DNA of 64,000 nucleotides from a virus (Duplodnaviria; Heunggongvirae; Uroviricota; Caudoviricetes): IMG/VR virus record IMGVR_UViG_2565956726_000008; one strand, 5' to 3'. Shown piece by piece: positions 55,585 to 64,000 of this stretch (position 1 is its first letter; each line of letters starts with the position of its first letter). The notes under the pieces were generated by a model. It saw only the letters and a program-made list of their open reading frames with translations, ran no database searches and was not told where the DNA came from. The position numbers and the translations under genes were made by a program.

Positions 55585-56958
55585 GTGACCGCTTTTTCTA
55601 CCCTGAATGTTTTGCCTCCCGCCCAACTCACGAACCTTAATGAGTTGGGTTATTTAACCATGACGCCGGTGCAGGCCGCCGCGCTTCCGGCGATCCTTGC
55701 CGGAAAAGATGTTCGCGTGCAGGCGAAAACCGGCAGCGGCAAAACGGCGGCTTTTGGCCTCGGCTTGTTACAGCAAATTGATGCGTCGCTATTTCAAACC
55801 CAGGCTTTAGTGCTGTGTCCTACGCGTGAACTGGCGGATCAGGTGGCAGGTGAATTGCGTCGGCTGGCGCGTTTTCTACCAAATACCAAAATTTTGACGT
55901 TGTGCGGTGGTCAACCGTTCGGTATGCAGCGTGATTCGTTGCAACATGCGCCGCATATTATCGTGGCAACGCCGGGCCGTTTGTTGGATCATCTGCAAAA
56001 AGGCACGGTATCACTGGATGCGTTGAATACGCTGGTGATGGATGAGGCCGACCGCATGCTGGATATGGGATTTAGCGACGCCATTGATGATGTCATCCGT
56101 TTTGCGCCAGCATCTCGACAGACGCTTCTGTTTTCGGCAACCTGGCCGGAAGCCATCGCCGCAATCAGCGGACGAGTGCAACGCGATCCTTTAGCGATTG
56201 AAATTGACTCAACAGATGCTCTGCCACCTATTGAACAACAATTTTATGAGACATCCAGCAAAGGCAAAATTCCGTTGTTGCAACGGTTATTAAGTTTACA
56301 TCAGCCATCCTCTTGCGTGGTGTTTTGCAATACCAAAAAAGATTGCCAGGCTGTCTGCGACGCGCTGAATGAAGTAGGGCAAAGTGCATTGTCGTTACAC
56401 GGCGATCTGGAGCAACGTGATCGCGATCAGACCCTGGTACGTTTTGCTAACGGTAGCGCCCGTGTACTGGTTGCGACTGATGTTGCTGCGCGAGGTCTGG
56501 ATATTAAATCGCTTGAGCTGGTGGTGAACTTTGAGCTGGCGTGGGATCCTGAAGTTCATGTACATCGCATCGGTCGTACAGCGCGTGCAGGAAATAGCGG
56601 TCTGGCGATCAGTTTCTGTGCCCCGGAAGAAGCACAGCGGGCCAATATCATTTCTGACATGTTGCAGATAAAACTTAACTGGCAAACGCCGCCAGTTAAT
56701 AGTTCCATTGTGCCGCTGGAAGCCGAAATGGCAACGTTATGTATCGATGGCGGGAAAAAAGCCAAAATGCGCCCGGGTGATGTATTAGGTGCGCTGACAG
56801 GAGATATCGGGCTTGATGGCGCAGATATTGGCAAAATCGCCGTGCATCCGGCGCATGTCTATGTCGCGGTGCGTCAGGCTGTTGCTCATAAAGCATGGAA
56901 ACAGTTACAGGGCGGGAAGATTAAAGGAAAAACGTGCCGGGTGCGGTTATTAAAATAA
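55585..56958 (+). CDS. dbpA: ATP-dependent RNA helicase DbpA (DEAD-box)
   Basis: 457 aa; Q motif, Walker A AKTGSGKT, DEAD box VMDEAD, SAT, HRIGRTAR; C-terminal RNA-binding domain. Confidence 0.95.
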   Translation: MTAFSTLNVLPPAQLTNLNELGYLTMTPVQAAALPAILAGKDVRVQAKTGSGKTAAFGLGLLQQIDASLFQTQALVLCPTRELADQVAGELRRLARFLPNTKILTLCGGQPFGMQRDSLQHAPHIIVATPGRLLDHLQKGTVSLDALNTLVMDEADRMLDMGFSDAIDDVIRFAPASRQTLLFSATWPEAIAAISGRVQRDPLAIEIDSTDALPPIEQQFYETSSKGKIPLLQRLLSLHQPSSCVVFCNTKKDCQAVCDALNEVGQSALSLHGDLEQRDRDQTLVRFANGSARVLVATDVAARGLDIKSLELVVNFELAWDPEVHVHRIGRTARAGNSGLAISFCAPEEAQRANIISDMLQIKLNWQTPPVNSSIVPLEAEMATLCIDGGKKAKMRPGDVLGALTGDIGLDGADIGKIAVHPAHVYVAVRQAVAHKAWKQLQGGKIKGKTCRVRLLK

Positions 56959-57004
56959 TGAAATGTTGAATCGCAGGGTGCAAGAGTAAACATCTTATTC
57001 GGGA

Positions 57005-57080
57005 TTGCCGGATGCGACGCTGGCCGCGTCTTATCCGGCCTCCATAAGAGTAGCCCGATAAGCTTGCGCATCGGGCGCTA
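57005..57080. repeat. REP (repetitive extragenic palindromic) element(s)
   Basis: gccggatgcgacgctggccgcgtcttatccggcctcc and gcccgataagcttgcgcatcgggc between convergent dbpA and ttcA. Confidence 0.75.
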
Positions 57081-57086
57081 TCCGGG

Positions 57087-58022
57087 TTATTTCACTTCAA
57101 CCACATTCAGTCGTAACTCATCCAACTGATTTTCATCTTCTTCAGGCTGCCAACCCGCCGGTTGTAGAGGGAGCTCTTCGCGATCAAACGCCAGATCACC
57201 CCCGTTAACCACTTCAGAACCGTGGGTAATGCCTTTGAAATCGAACAGGTTGGTATCGCACAGATGCGACGGCACCACATTCTGCATCGCGCTGAACATC
57301 GTCTCGATACGCCCTGGATAACGTTTATCCCAGTCACGCAACATGTCAGCAATCACCTGACGTTGCAGGTTAGGCTGTGAACCGCACAGATTGCACGGAA
57401 TAATCGGGAATGCTTTTGCATCGGCAAAGCGCTGAATATCTTTCTCGCGGCAGTAGGCCAGCGGACGAATCACAATATGTTTGCCATCATCGCTCATCAG
57501 TTTCGGAGGCATACCTTTCATCTTGCCGCCGTAGAACATATTTAAGAACAACGTTTGCAGGATATCGTCACGATGGTGACCCAGCGCGATCTTCGTCGCT
57601 CCCAGTTCCGTTGCGGTACGGTAAAGAATTCCGCGACGAAGACGAGAACACAGTGAGCAAGTGGTTTTGCCCTCCGGAATCTTCTCTTTCACGATACCGT
57701 AAGTGTTCTCTTCCACAATCTTGTACTCAACGCCCAGCTTTTCAAGATACTCGGGCAGAACGTGTTCCGGGAAGCCCGGTTGTTTTTGATCGAGGTTGAC
57801 AGCCACCAGCGAAAAATTGATTGGCGCGCTTTGCTGCAAATTGCGCAGAATTTCCAGCATGGTATAGCTGTCTTTACCCCCGGAGAGGCAAACCATGATG
57901 CGATCGCCTTCTTCAATCATATTGAAGTCAGCAATGGCTTCGCCCACGTTACGACGCAGACGTTTTTGTAATTTGTTCAGGTTGTATTGTTCTTTCTTTG
58001 TAATTTGTTGATTTTCTTGCAT
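57087..58022 (-). CDS. ttcA: tRNA 2-thiocytidine synthase TtcA
   Basis: 311 aa; PP-loop SGGKDS, paired CxxC motifs ([17 protein letters not shown]). Confidence 0.95.
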   Translation of the reverse strand: MQENQQITKKEQYNLNKLQKRLRRNVGEAIADFNMIEEGDRIMVCLSGGKDSYTMLEILRNLQQSAPINFSLVAVNLDQKQPGFPEHVLPEYLEKLGVEYKIVEENTYGIVKEKIPEGKTTCSLCSRLRRGILYRTATELGATKIALGHHRDDILQTLFLNMFYGGKMKGMPPKLMSDDGKHIVIRPLAYCREKDIQRFADAKAFPIIPCNLCGSQPNLQRQVIADMLRDWDKRYPGRIETMFSAMQNVVPSHLCDTNLFDFKGITHGSEVVNGGDLAFDREELPLQPAGWQPEEDENQLDELRLNVVEVK

Positions 58023-58073
58023 TATTTCAGTTCTCTGGTACTAAATGGGGCAAATTGGGGGCAAACTTTGCAA

Positions 58074-59309
58074 CTACGATAACCGCGCATTCAACATGGC
58101 TATCTGTTCGTCGTTCATGTCATCAATCCACATACCGTAAATTTCATACACCATCTGCGCAGTTTCATGCCCCATTTGGCTGGCTATAAATGCCGGGTTC
58201 GCTCCTGCCGTCAACAGCCAGCAGGCAAAAGTATGCCGCGTATGGTACGGATTACGGCGGCGAATACCAGCACGTTTTACTGCTGCATTCCACCTTGCCC
58301 CCAAACTGCTTACCGAGTAATAAGGTTTTTGTTTTCCGTTACACACCCTGGGCATGAAAACAAAATGCAGTTTTTGCTTTTCGGTTCTGCCGTACTCCCG
58401 ATGATAAAAGGTGATTTCGCTTTTGCGATGATGCCCGGTCAGTTTGTATTGCTCCTTCAGTGCTTCAAGAGCAGGCTGCAGTAGTGTTACTGTTCGGATC
58501 CCGGCATTTGTTTTTGGGGGACCGAACATATCAAGTATCGTCAGGTTTCTTCTGACATTCACTATTCCCTTTTCGAGATCCACATCCTCCCACGCCAGAG
58601 CTGCCAGTTCCCCGTGACGAAGTCCTGAGTAAACGGCAAATTTCCACAAGTTCTGGCTCTGTCCTTTTTCACTTTCCATTAATGCATTGAATTCTGTTTT
58701 AGATAACGGATCAGGCTTTATTCTGTTTCGCTGTAATTTTTTTACTCCTTCAAATGGTTTGGTTGATATAAATCCCGACTGATACGCAAAACGCAACAGC
58801 GAACAGAGCAGGGCGATATAGTTATCAACTGTGCGCACGGTTCTTCCTTTTTTGTTGGATCTTGGATTATCCAGGTAAAGCGTTTCTCCATGCAGCAGTT
58901 CATTCCGGTAGTTTAAGATATCGCTATAACGAATATGTGATATCGGGGTACTTTCACAAATTATTATTCTGAGTGTTTTTAATTGTGATTTCGTTTTCTT
59001 CATTGTGTTTGTTGTTAACTCTGTCTCTTTAATTTTTGTCCAGATATCACAAAGCTCTCCGAACGTTTTTATGACTCTCGTTGTCACCATTTTTGCCCCA
59101 GTGCTGGACTGGGGAAAACGTCTTAAATACTCAAATTCACCGGAGTTTATTTCATGAACTATCAGCGCTCTTAAATTTCCGGCCTTTTTAATATTACTGT
59201 TTGTAATCTCCCAGCCTTTTAATGTTTCCCGACATCGTTTTCCTCGAAACATGAACCAGATGCGAATGTATCTACCTCTAATCTCGACACCTGTTGGTAA
59301 TTTAGACAT
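58074..59309 (-). CDS. intR: Rac prophage tyrosine integrase
   Basis: 411 aa; C-terminal tyrosine recombinase signature (RHTFACWLL, HETAQMVYEIYGMWI); abuts ttcA 5' end. Confidence 0.9.
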   Translation of the reverse strand: MSKLPTGVEIRGRYIRIWFMFRGKRCRETLKGWEITNSNIKKAGNLRALIVHEINSGEFEYLRRFPQSSTGAKMVTTRVIKTFGELCDIWTKIKETELTTNTMKKTKSQLKTLRIIICESTPISHIRYSDILNYRNELLHGETLYLDNPRSNKKGRTVRTVDNYIALLCSLLRFAYQSGFISTKPFEGVKKLQRNRIKPDPLSKTEFNALMESEKGQSQNLWKFAVYSGLRHGELAALAWEDVDLEKGIVNVRRNLTILDMFGPPKTNAGIRTVTLLQPALEALKEQYKLTGHHRKSEITFYHREYGRTEKQKLHFVFMPRVCNGKQKPYYSVSSLGARWNAAVKRAGIRRRNPYHTRHTFACWLLTAGANPAFIASQMGHETAQMVYEIYGMWIDDMNDEQIAMLNARLS

Positions 59310-59310
59310 A

Positions 59311-59526
59311 TCATGAGTCTTTGATAAACTGATTTATCTTTGGATAGTTGTACCAGATAATCCCTCGTTTGCTGTCTGGCTTACCTAAAGGAGATACTCG
59401 TTTGAAGTGGAAGCCCTCCACCCAACAGTTCTGGCGGTATGCTTCAATTTGTCTGGCCCCCAGACCAGTGCGAAGCATCAGGCCGTATTCAACCATCCAC
59501 TCTTCATTAAAGATTACTTGTGCCAT
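59311..59526 (-). CDS. xisR: Rac prophage excisionase-like protein
   Basis: 71 aa from [10 protein letters not shown]; immediately upstream of int. Confidence 0.7.
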   Translation of the reverse strand: MAQVIFNEEWMVEYGLMLRTGLGARQIEAYRQNCWVEGFHFKRVSPLGKPDSKRGIIWYNYPKINQFIKDS

Positions 59527-59604
59527 CGCATCACCTCTGGCAGGCGCCAATGTTAGACTGAAATTGACGCCCGATGTTGATTATTAATAATCAGCTATGA
59601 AGTT

Positions 59605-59814
59605 TTAATTTGAATACAATGCAATTCTCGAGGACTGAAGTTTCTCGCAATTAAAATTTATCAGTTTTACTTTCTGCTCTCTGGAAACGCCTGCTTCTTT
59701 TTTACCTGAGAGCATTTTTTCGCATTCTGATTTCGTTAGTTTAGATTTTGAATATCTTGTCCAGTTAGTAGGAGTGCCACCTTCCTTTTCAATAGTGGCG
59801 GTAATTTTATACAT
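59605..59814 (-). CDS. ydaC: Rac prophage protein YdaC
   Basis: 69 aa from MYKITATIEKEGG; position in Rac early-left region. Confidence 0.55.
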   Translation of the reverse strand: MYKITATIEKEGGTPTNWTRYSKSKLTKSECEKMLSGKKEAGVSREQKVKLINFNCEKLQSSRIALYSN

Positions 59815-60001
59815 GAACACCTCCATTATTATTTCCAGTGGTTCGTTTATTCCATCTTTCGAGTGCTTCTTTTTCACTTCCACCATAACCGGTTCGGGAT
59901 TCGCATCCGTTACACTTCGCTCGGTAATATCCTGAAATGGCTTTCACCGTTACTGATGGACAACCACAAAATGGACATGGTTTAACATTGTCATATCTCA
60001 T
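59807..60001 (-). CDS. ralR: restriction alleviation protein RalR/Lar
   Basis: 64 aa from MRYDNVKPCPFCGC; four-Cys zinc ribbon (CPFCGC ... CNGC). Confidence 0.7.
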   Translation of the reverse strand: MRYDNVKPCPFCGCPSVTVKAISGYYRAKCNGCESRTGYGGSEKEALERWNKRTTGNNNGGVHV

Positions 60002-60057
60002 AATTTTTCTCATAAAAAATATTTCAAGTTGGCGGTGCATTACACCGCCAGGCTGAA

Positions 60058-60867
60058 TTATTCCTCTGAATTATCGATTACACTGTATTCCCCGGTTAAT
60101 ACAGAGGAATCTGCAGGATCGATTGTCAGTGGTTCCTTTTCATCCATTGATACTGCACGCTGGATCTCAATTGATACGGGCAGATATTTGAACAGGCGAC
60201 GAATAGCCGTTTTCTTTGCCATTTCTTCCCAGTGAGTTACCCACGGCCCGTTATTACCAGCTTTACTCAGGCTGCGCACCAGCTCAATCTGTTTGCGCGT
60301 CATAACTTCAAACTGAGTACCTCCGTCTTTCAGTCTTGCGACAGCATAGACGTGGGTAACCGGGGCATCTTCGTTTTCTCCCGGGCGGTGTATTAACTTT
60401 TCATCAAGGCCAAATTCGAAGCTAAACTCGTCACCTTCACGGACAACACGGGCTGACAGGCTGGCGATTTGACCAGAACGGCGAGCCAGATCAATCATGC
60501 CGCGATAGCCAATGATTAGCTGAACGTTCTTTTTACCGCTCTTTTCGTTTTTATTACCAAAAGGCAGTAAATATGCATGACCGAGGGCGCTACCTGGCTC
60601 AAGTCCGAGCTGTGAACACTGTACGATCGCACTGACAAAACTCATAGTGTCACAGTTTCCTAACGCCGGAACTTTACGAATTTCTGTAGTGGCGATACGG
60701 ATCATACGTTCAGCCGTCATATGGCGTGGAAGAGCTGCTGCCAGTTGCTCTTTCATTGATGGCTGGTTAATAAAACTAATCACGTCGCTATTTTTAACTG
60801 CTGCTGGTGCACGGTTTCCCTGAGTTTTTTGCAGATCGGCTTTTGCGATTGGTGGTTGCTTAGTCAT
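60058..60867 (-). CDS. recT: RecT single-strand annealing protein
   Basis: 269 aa from [13 protein letters not shown]; 8-nt overlap with recE 3' end. Confidence 0.9.
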   Translation of the reverse strand: MTKQPPIAKADLQKTQGNRAPAAVKNSDVISFINQPSMKEQLAAALPRHMTAERMIRIATTEIRKVPALGNCDTMSFVSAIVQCSQLGLEPGSALGHAYLLPFGNKNEKSGKKNVQLIIGYRGMIDLARRSGQIASLSARVVREGDEFSFEFGLDEKLIHRPGENEDAPVTHVYAVARLKDGGTQFEVMTRKQIELVRSLSKAGNNGPWVTHWEEMAKKTAIRRLFKYLPVSIEIQRAVSMDEKEPLTIDPADSSVLTGEYSVIDNSEE

Positions 60868-63460
60868 TTGCATATTCCTTAGCCCAGCGGGGCAGTGATA
60901 ATGTCTTAATAGCTGGCCATTCATCGGTATTCAGGCAGTCAGACAGGGTTCGCAGATTGCGGTGATATTCCTGTTGACCTGCCAGTTTTGCTTCTTCGCC
61001 CATCATGAAAATTTCAACCGGATAACGTCCGCATTCAATAGTTGTGCTGGCAACCAGAAAAACGAAAGTTGGCTGCACTCCAAACAGTGCTTCATAACCG
61101 TCACTGTAGAATGCATCCTGAACGTGATAGCGGTAGTCGTAATAAGCGGTTTTGAATCGTTGAATATCCGCCGTAGTTTTCACGTCCATGATCCAGTGAA
61201 ATTCAGGGATAATTTTGTCCGGACGGCACCGACACAAAATTCCTGTTTCAGGATCTTCCCAGTAAATTGATGATTCAGCGTGTCCGGCGCTTTCAACAAG
61301 CCATTGCCCCAGCGGCAAAGCCATAACGCTTTGATACATGAGTTCAATTTTCCGGCCTTCTTCCGCAGTGATAACCGTTTTTCCTGTGCTTGCGCATTCC
61401 ATCAGAAACGCTTTCTCTTCTTCTTTTCCGGCGTTTGTACGGCGGTTAAATTCAGGTGCTACGATAAAGCGGTTACTGAATTCTTCCGGTTCAAGTACCC
61501 GGCAGTGGAAAGCAGTTCCTAAATCGAGCGTTTTTGTCTTTGTGGTGTCCACGGGGGCATTTTTACGCCACAAATATAGTGCCGGAGTATCAGCAATGTC
61601 ATCGAGCTGAGACTTACTGATACCGGGACCCGCGTGGTAATTCTCATTCGAAATTCCGTAATAAATACCTGGCTCTATGTCTTCTACGATTACGGGATCT
61701 GCGACTTCGCCAGTTTCATCACTGCAATCGTGATGCGGATCGCTGCCAGCATTCTCATTGTGCGGATGTTCAGCGCCTTCCATTTCCTCCGGATCATTTT
61801 CCTTAGCTTCAACCTGACTCTCTTCATCGAATGTTTCCTGGTATGTTGCGTCGCCCATCACCGCACCACAGTCAGGGCAGTTATCCCCGCCAGTCTGGCC
61901 GCAGGCATTGCAGGCTATTTCCGGTTCCTGTTGCACTACTGGCTCAGGTTGATTCATATCTGGGCTGGTTTTTTCCGTTTCTGGCTGGTTCTGGTACACA
62001 CAATCGCGAGTCTGGATCCCCTTTACCCATTTCGGATCGTTCGGGTCGCTAATTCCGTCAACAAATTCACCACGTGATGCAGCAAGCAATTTATCGGCAT
62101 CGACAGGATTTTTTGATGGAATGTTTTTCCGGGCTTCATGGAGTTCTGCCCGCAGTTCCTGATATTTCGCATCAACAGAATTTACCTGTGACTGAGCATC
62201 CAGCGGCTGCGTGTCCTGATGATGTTCAGTTGCGTCCGGTTCCATTGTTTCAGCCTCTCCCTGTTCAACTGCCGTTGTTCCAGATGGTTGCGGTTTTTCT
62301 TCATCATCCTGTTTTCCTTCTTCTGTTACTCGCTGCGGCATCGGGGCAGAGGAGCGACTGCAGGCAATATCCACGATTTCCGGATCAGGGTTGGCATGAT
62401 CGGTTTCAGTCAGTACTTTGTTCAGATATTCAGTGACGTGCGCGGGGATGACCTCGATCCCAATTGGTGCTTCTTTTACGGACGCAACCACGATGGCGCG
62501 GGAATAATCCAGCCCGCCAGGCATGGTGATGAATTTGTCGCGGAAAACAGAAAAGGGCGGTTTATTTTCAGCGATAATTTCCTCAATGCGTTTAGCGTGT
62601 GCCGGATGAAGGTTATAGATGTCCAGATCCATTGAACGGGCCAGTACGCCAGTGGCTACGTCGCGCGCCAGTGACGTCAGATCGTGTACGAAACCTTCGC
62701 CGCGATCGGTGAGGTTTCCGCCGCCAGCATTAGCACCGGAAGCCGTGCGAGTGATGTGTGAAACACGATTACCCTTCATCCACTCTTTTGTCAGCAGTCC
62801 TCGATCGGTGTAGTCAGCGTTCAGGTATGCTTCGAAAAAAGCAGTTATCAGTCCCAGGTTTGAATTACCAGGATTAGGGAAAACTTTGTCAGTGTCACGA
62901 ACCAGTTTGTGGAGTTCGCGAATTTCCAGCGGGTCGAGCAGGCTGGTTTTGTGGGAAACAGCCAGGGCAGTAACAGCCGGTAGTTCTTCAGCCCGAGCAA
63001 TGTGTAATGCCTGGAGTCCGTCGCGTGAAACGTGCGTTACCGGTTTTTCGCTGCCGTGTTGAGCAAGCCAACGAATGGGCAGTTCCTGGCCAGAAATTGG
63101 GAGTAGCATATTCTCCTCAATCTCAGTCATGTCTTCGCCGTTGACGTTGGTATTGCCTTGATAATGAGCGTTGTCTGGTGCTGCTCCCGGTTTTAGTTCC
63201 CATGTCATGGAGTCTTTGCTGAGTTGATAGCGTTCACTCCAGGTAAAATCGATCTCACCTTCAGCGGGCAGGTCATTAACGACAGGAAAATTCGTGGCAA
63301 CAGCTTTAAAATAGCTGCTCAGTTTTTTACCTGACTTAACGATCAGGTAGTCCAGAGTGGCACAGGTCGATTCAAAATCGTTGCTTGCCCACAGGACGAC
63401 GTCAGGTTCACCGGATGATTTTTTCGCTTTCCGTAACAGGAAGAGTGGTTTTGTGCTCAT
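60860..63460 (-). CDS. recE: RecE exonuclease VIII
   Basis: 866 aa; acidic low-complexity N-terminal half and C-terminal nuclease domain; upstream partner of recT. Confidence 0.9.
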   Translation of the reverse strand: MSTKPLFLLRKAKKSSGEPDVVLWASNDFESTCATLDYLIVKSGKKLSSYFKAVATNFPVVNDLPAEGEIDFTWSERYQLSKDSMTWELKPGAAPDNAHYQGNTNVNGEDMTEIEENMLLPISGQELPIRWLAQHGSEKPVTHVSRDGLQALHIARAEELPAVTALAVSHKTSLLDPLEIRELHKLVRDTDKVFPNPGNSNLGLITAFFEAYLNADYTDRGLLTKEWMKGNRVSHITRTASGANAGGGNLTDRGEGFVHDLTSLARDVATGVLARSMDLDIYNLHPAHAKRIEEIIAENKPPFSVFRDKFITMPGGLDYSRAIVVASVKEAPIGIEVIPAHVTEYLNKVLTETDHANPDPEIVDIACSRSSAPMPQRVTEEGKQDDEEKPQPSGTTAVEQGEAETMEPDATEHHQDTQPLDAQSQVNSVDAKYQELRAELHEARKNIPSKNPVDADKLLAASRGEFVDGISDPNDPKWVKGIQTRDCVYQNQPETEKTSPDMNQPEPVVQQEPEIACNACGQTGGDNCPDCGAVMGDATYQETFDEESQVEAKENDPEEMEGAEHPHNENAGSDPHHDCSDETGEVADPVIVEDIEPGIYYGISNENYHAGPGISKSQLDDIADTPALYLWRKNAPVDTTKTKTLDLGTAFHCRVLEPEEFSNRFIVAPEFNRRTNAGKEEEKAFLMECASTGKTVITAEEGRKIELMYQSVMALPLGQWLVESAGHAESSIYWEDPETGILCRCRPDKIIPEFHWIMDVKTTADIQRFKTAYYDYRYHVQDAFYSDGYEALFGVQPTFVFLVASTTIECGRYPVEIFMMGEEAKLAGQQEYHRNLRTLSDCLNTDEWPAIKTLSLPRWAKEYAND

Positions 63461-63561
63461 TGTTTTTTAACCTCAACTCAGATTAAAATTCGTTTTGTTC
63501 AGTGAATGATCTTGCCGGATACACACTGTTCATAGCCTGCGCCATACGCAGGCTATTTCTT

Positions 63562-63837
63562 TCAGATTTCACCTTTTAATTTCATTGCAATTAGAGTTGC
63601 CAGAAATTCGGCTTTTTTTTCTGCGGGCAGATTCTTTCCGATATGCACCAGGCACATTTTTTTGACACCTTCATCAAGTGTTTTTACGTTGCCTGATGGA
63701 CCATCGATATCAACCACAGTGAATGGGGTTTCTTTATTTTCTGTTTTAATTACGTAGCCAATGCGCTTTCCTTCCAGATTCACCTCGTGAACAATGTCAT
63801 CGGTAGTTACAACAGTGGCTTCATAATTGGTAATCAT
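63562..63837 (-). CDS. racC: Rac prophage protein RacC
   Basis: 91 aa from MITNYEATVV. Confidence 0.7.
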   Translation of the reverse strand: MITNYEATVVTTDDIVHEVNLEGKRIGYVIKTENKETPFTVVDIDGPSGNVKTLDEGVKKMCLVHIGKNLPAEKKAEFLATLIAMKLKGEI

Positions 63838-63910
63838 GTTTTTCTCCTTAATTAAGGTTGAGCGAATACCTGCCATTTCTGGCATAAATTCAGTTTCGAA
63901 TAGTCAATTA

Positions 63911-64000
63911 ATTAAAGTTCATGTGCCATCTGGTCTTTTTCGGCACAAGCTTCACTGCAATATTTTCTCGGTTCGTCTTTTGATAAAATCCCGTGCATGA
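63911..64000 (-). CDS. ydaE: Rac prophage protein, 3' end only (ydaE position), truncated by window edge
   Basis: Minus-strand ORF running off the right edge, C-terminus ...KKTRWHMNFN; identity by gene order only. Confidence 0.4.

Larger units (their letters stand above)
58074..64000. mobile_element. Rac-type prophage, integrase-proximal arm (continues past right edge)
   Basis: Gene order int-xis-ydaC-ralR-recT-recE-racC-ydaE abutting the 5' end of ttcA, as remembered for E. coli K-12 Rac. Confidence 0.85.

Overview
This window reads as an Escherichia coli-type chromosomal segment carrying two prophages that flank three host genes. Positions 1 to about 53730 are the larger part of a temperate lambdoid siphovirus prophage whose integrase lies beyond the left edge. 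Its leftward early operon (minus strand) runs Cro-like regulator, replication initiator, a triple zinc-ribbon/T5orf172-like protein, an HTH-metallophosphoesterase fusion, DnaB-type helicase, NinB and an AlpA-type excisionase. Its rightward operon (plus strand) runs CI-type repressor, a nut-like site, an N-like ORF, Erf, SSB, a roughly 14 kb array of about 50 small ORFs (including a Dam-like methyltransferase, a C5-methyltransferase-like protein, NinG, RusA and a Q-like zinc-finger protein), then pinholin, SAR endolysin, Rz/Rz1, TerS/TerL, portal, capsid, tape measure, lambda M/L/K/I/J-like tail tip and a side tail fibre. Minus-strand morons interrupt the tail module. Host genes zntB, dbpA and ttcA follow (54124 to 58022), then the integrase-proximal arm of a Rac-type prophage (intR, xisR, ydaC, ralR, recT, recE, racC, partial ydaE). 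No tRNA, rRNA or CRISPR array was found. All calls rest on reading the translations and DNA by eye; no database search was run. The most unusual content is the array of eight tandem hydrophobic mini-ORFs (27434 to 28084), the recurrent intergenic palindromic motif family at operon boundaries, the HTH-phosphoesterase plus zinc-ribbon pair in the replication module, the two-methyltransferase module, and the tail-region morons including a RelE/YafQ-like two-gene cassette.
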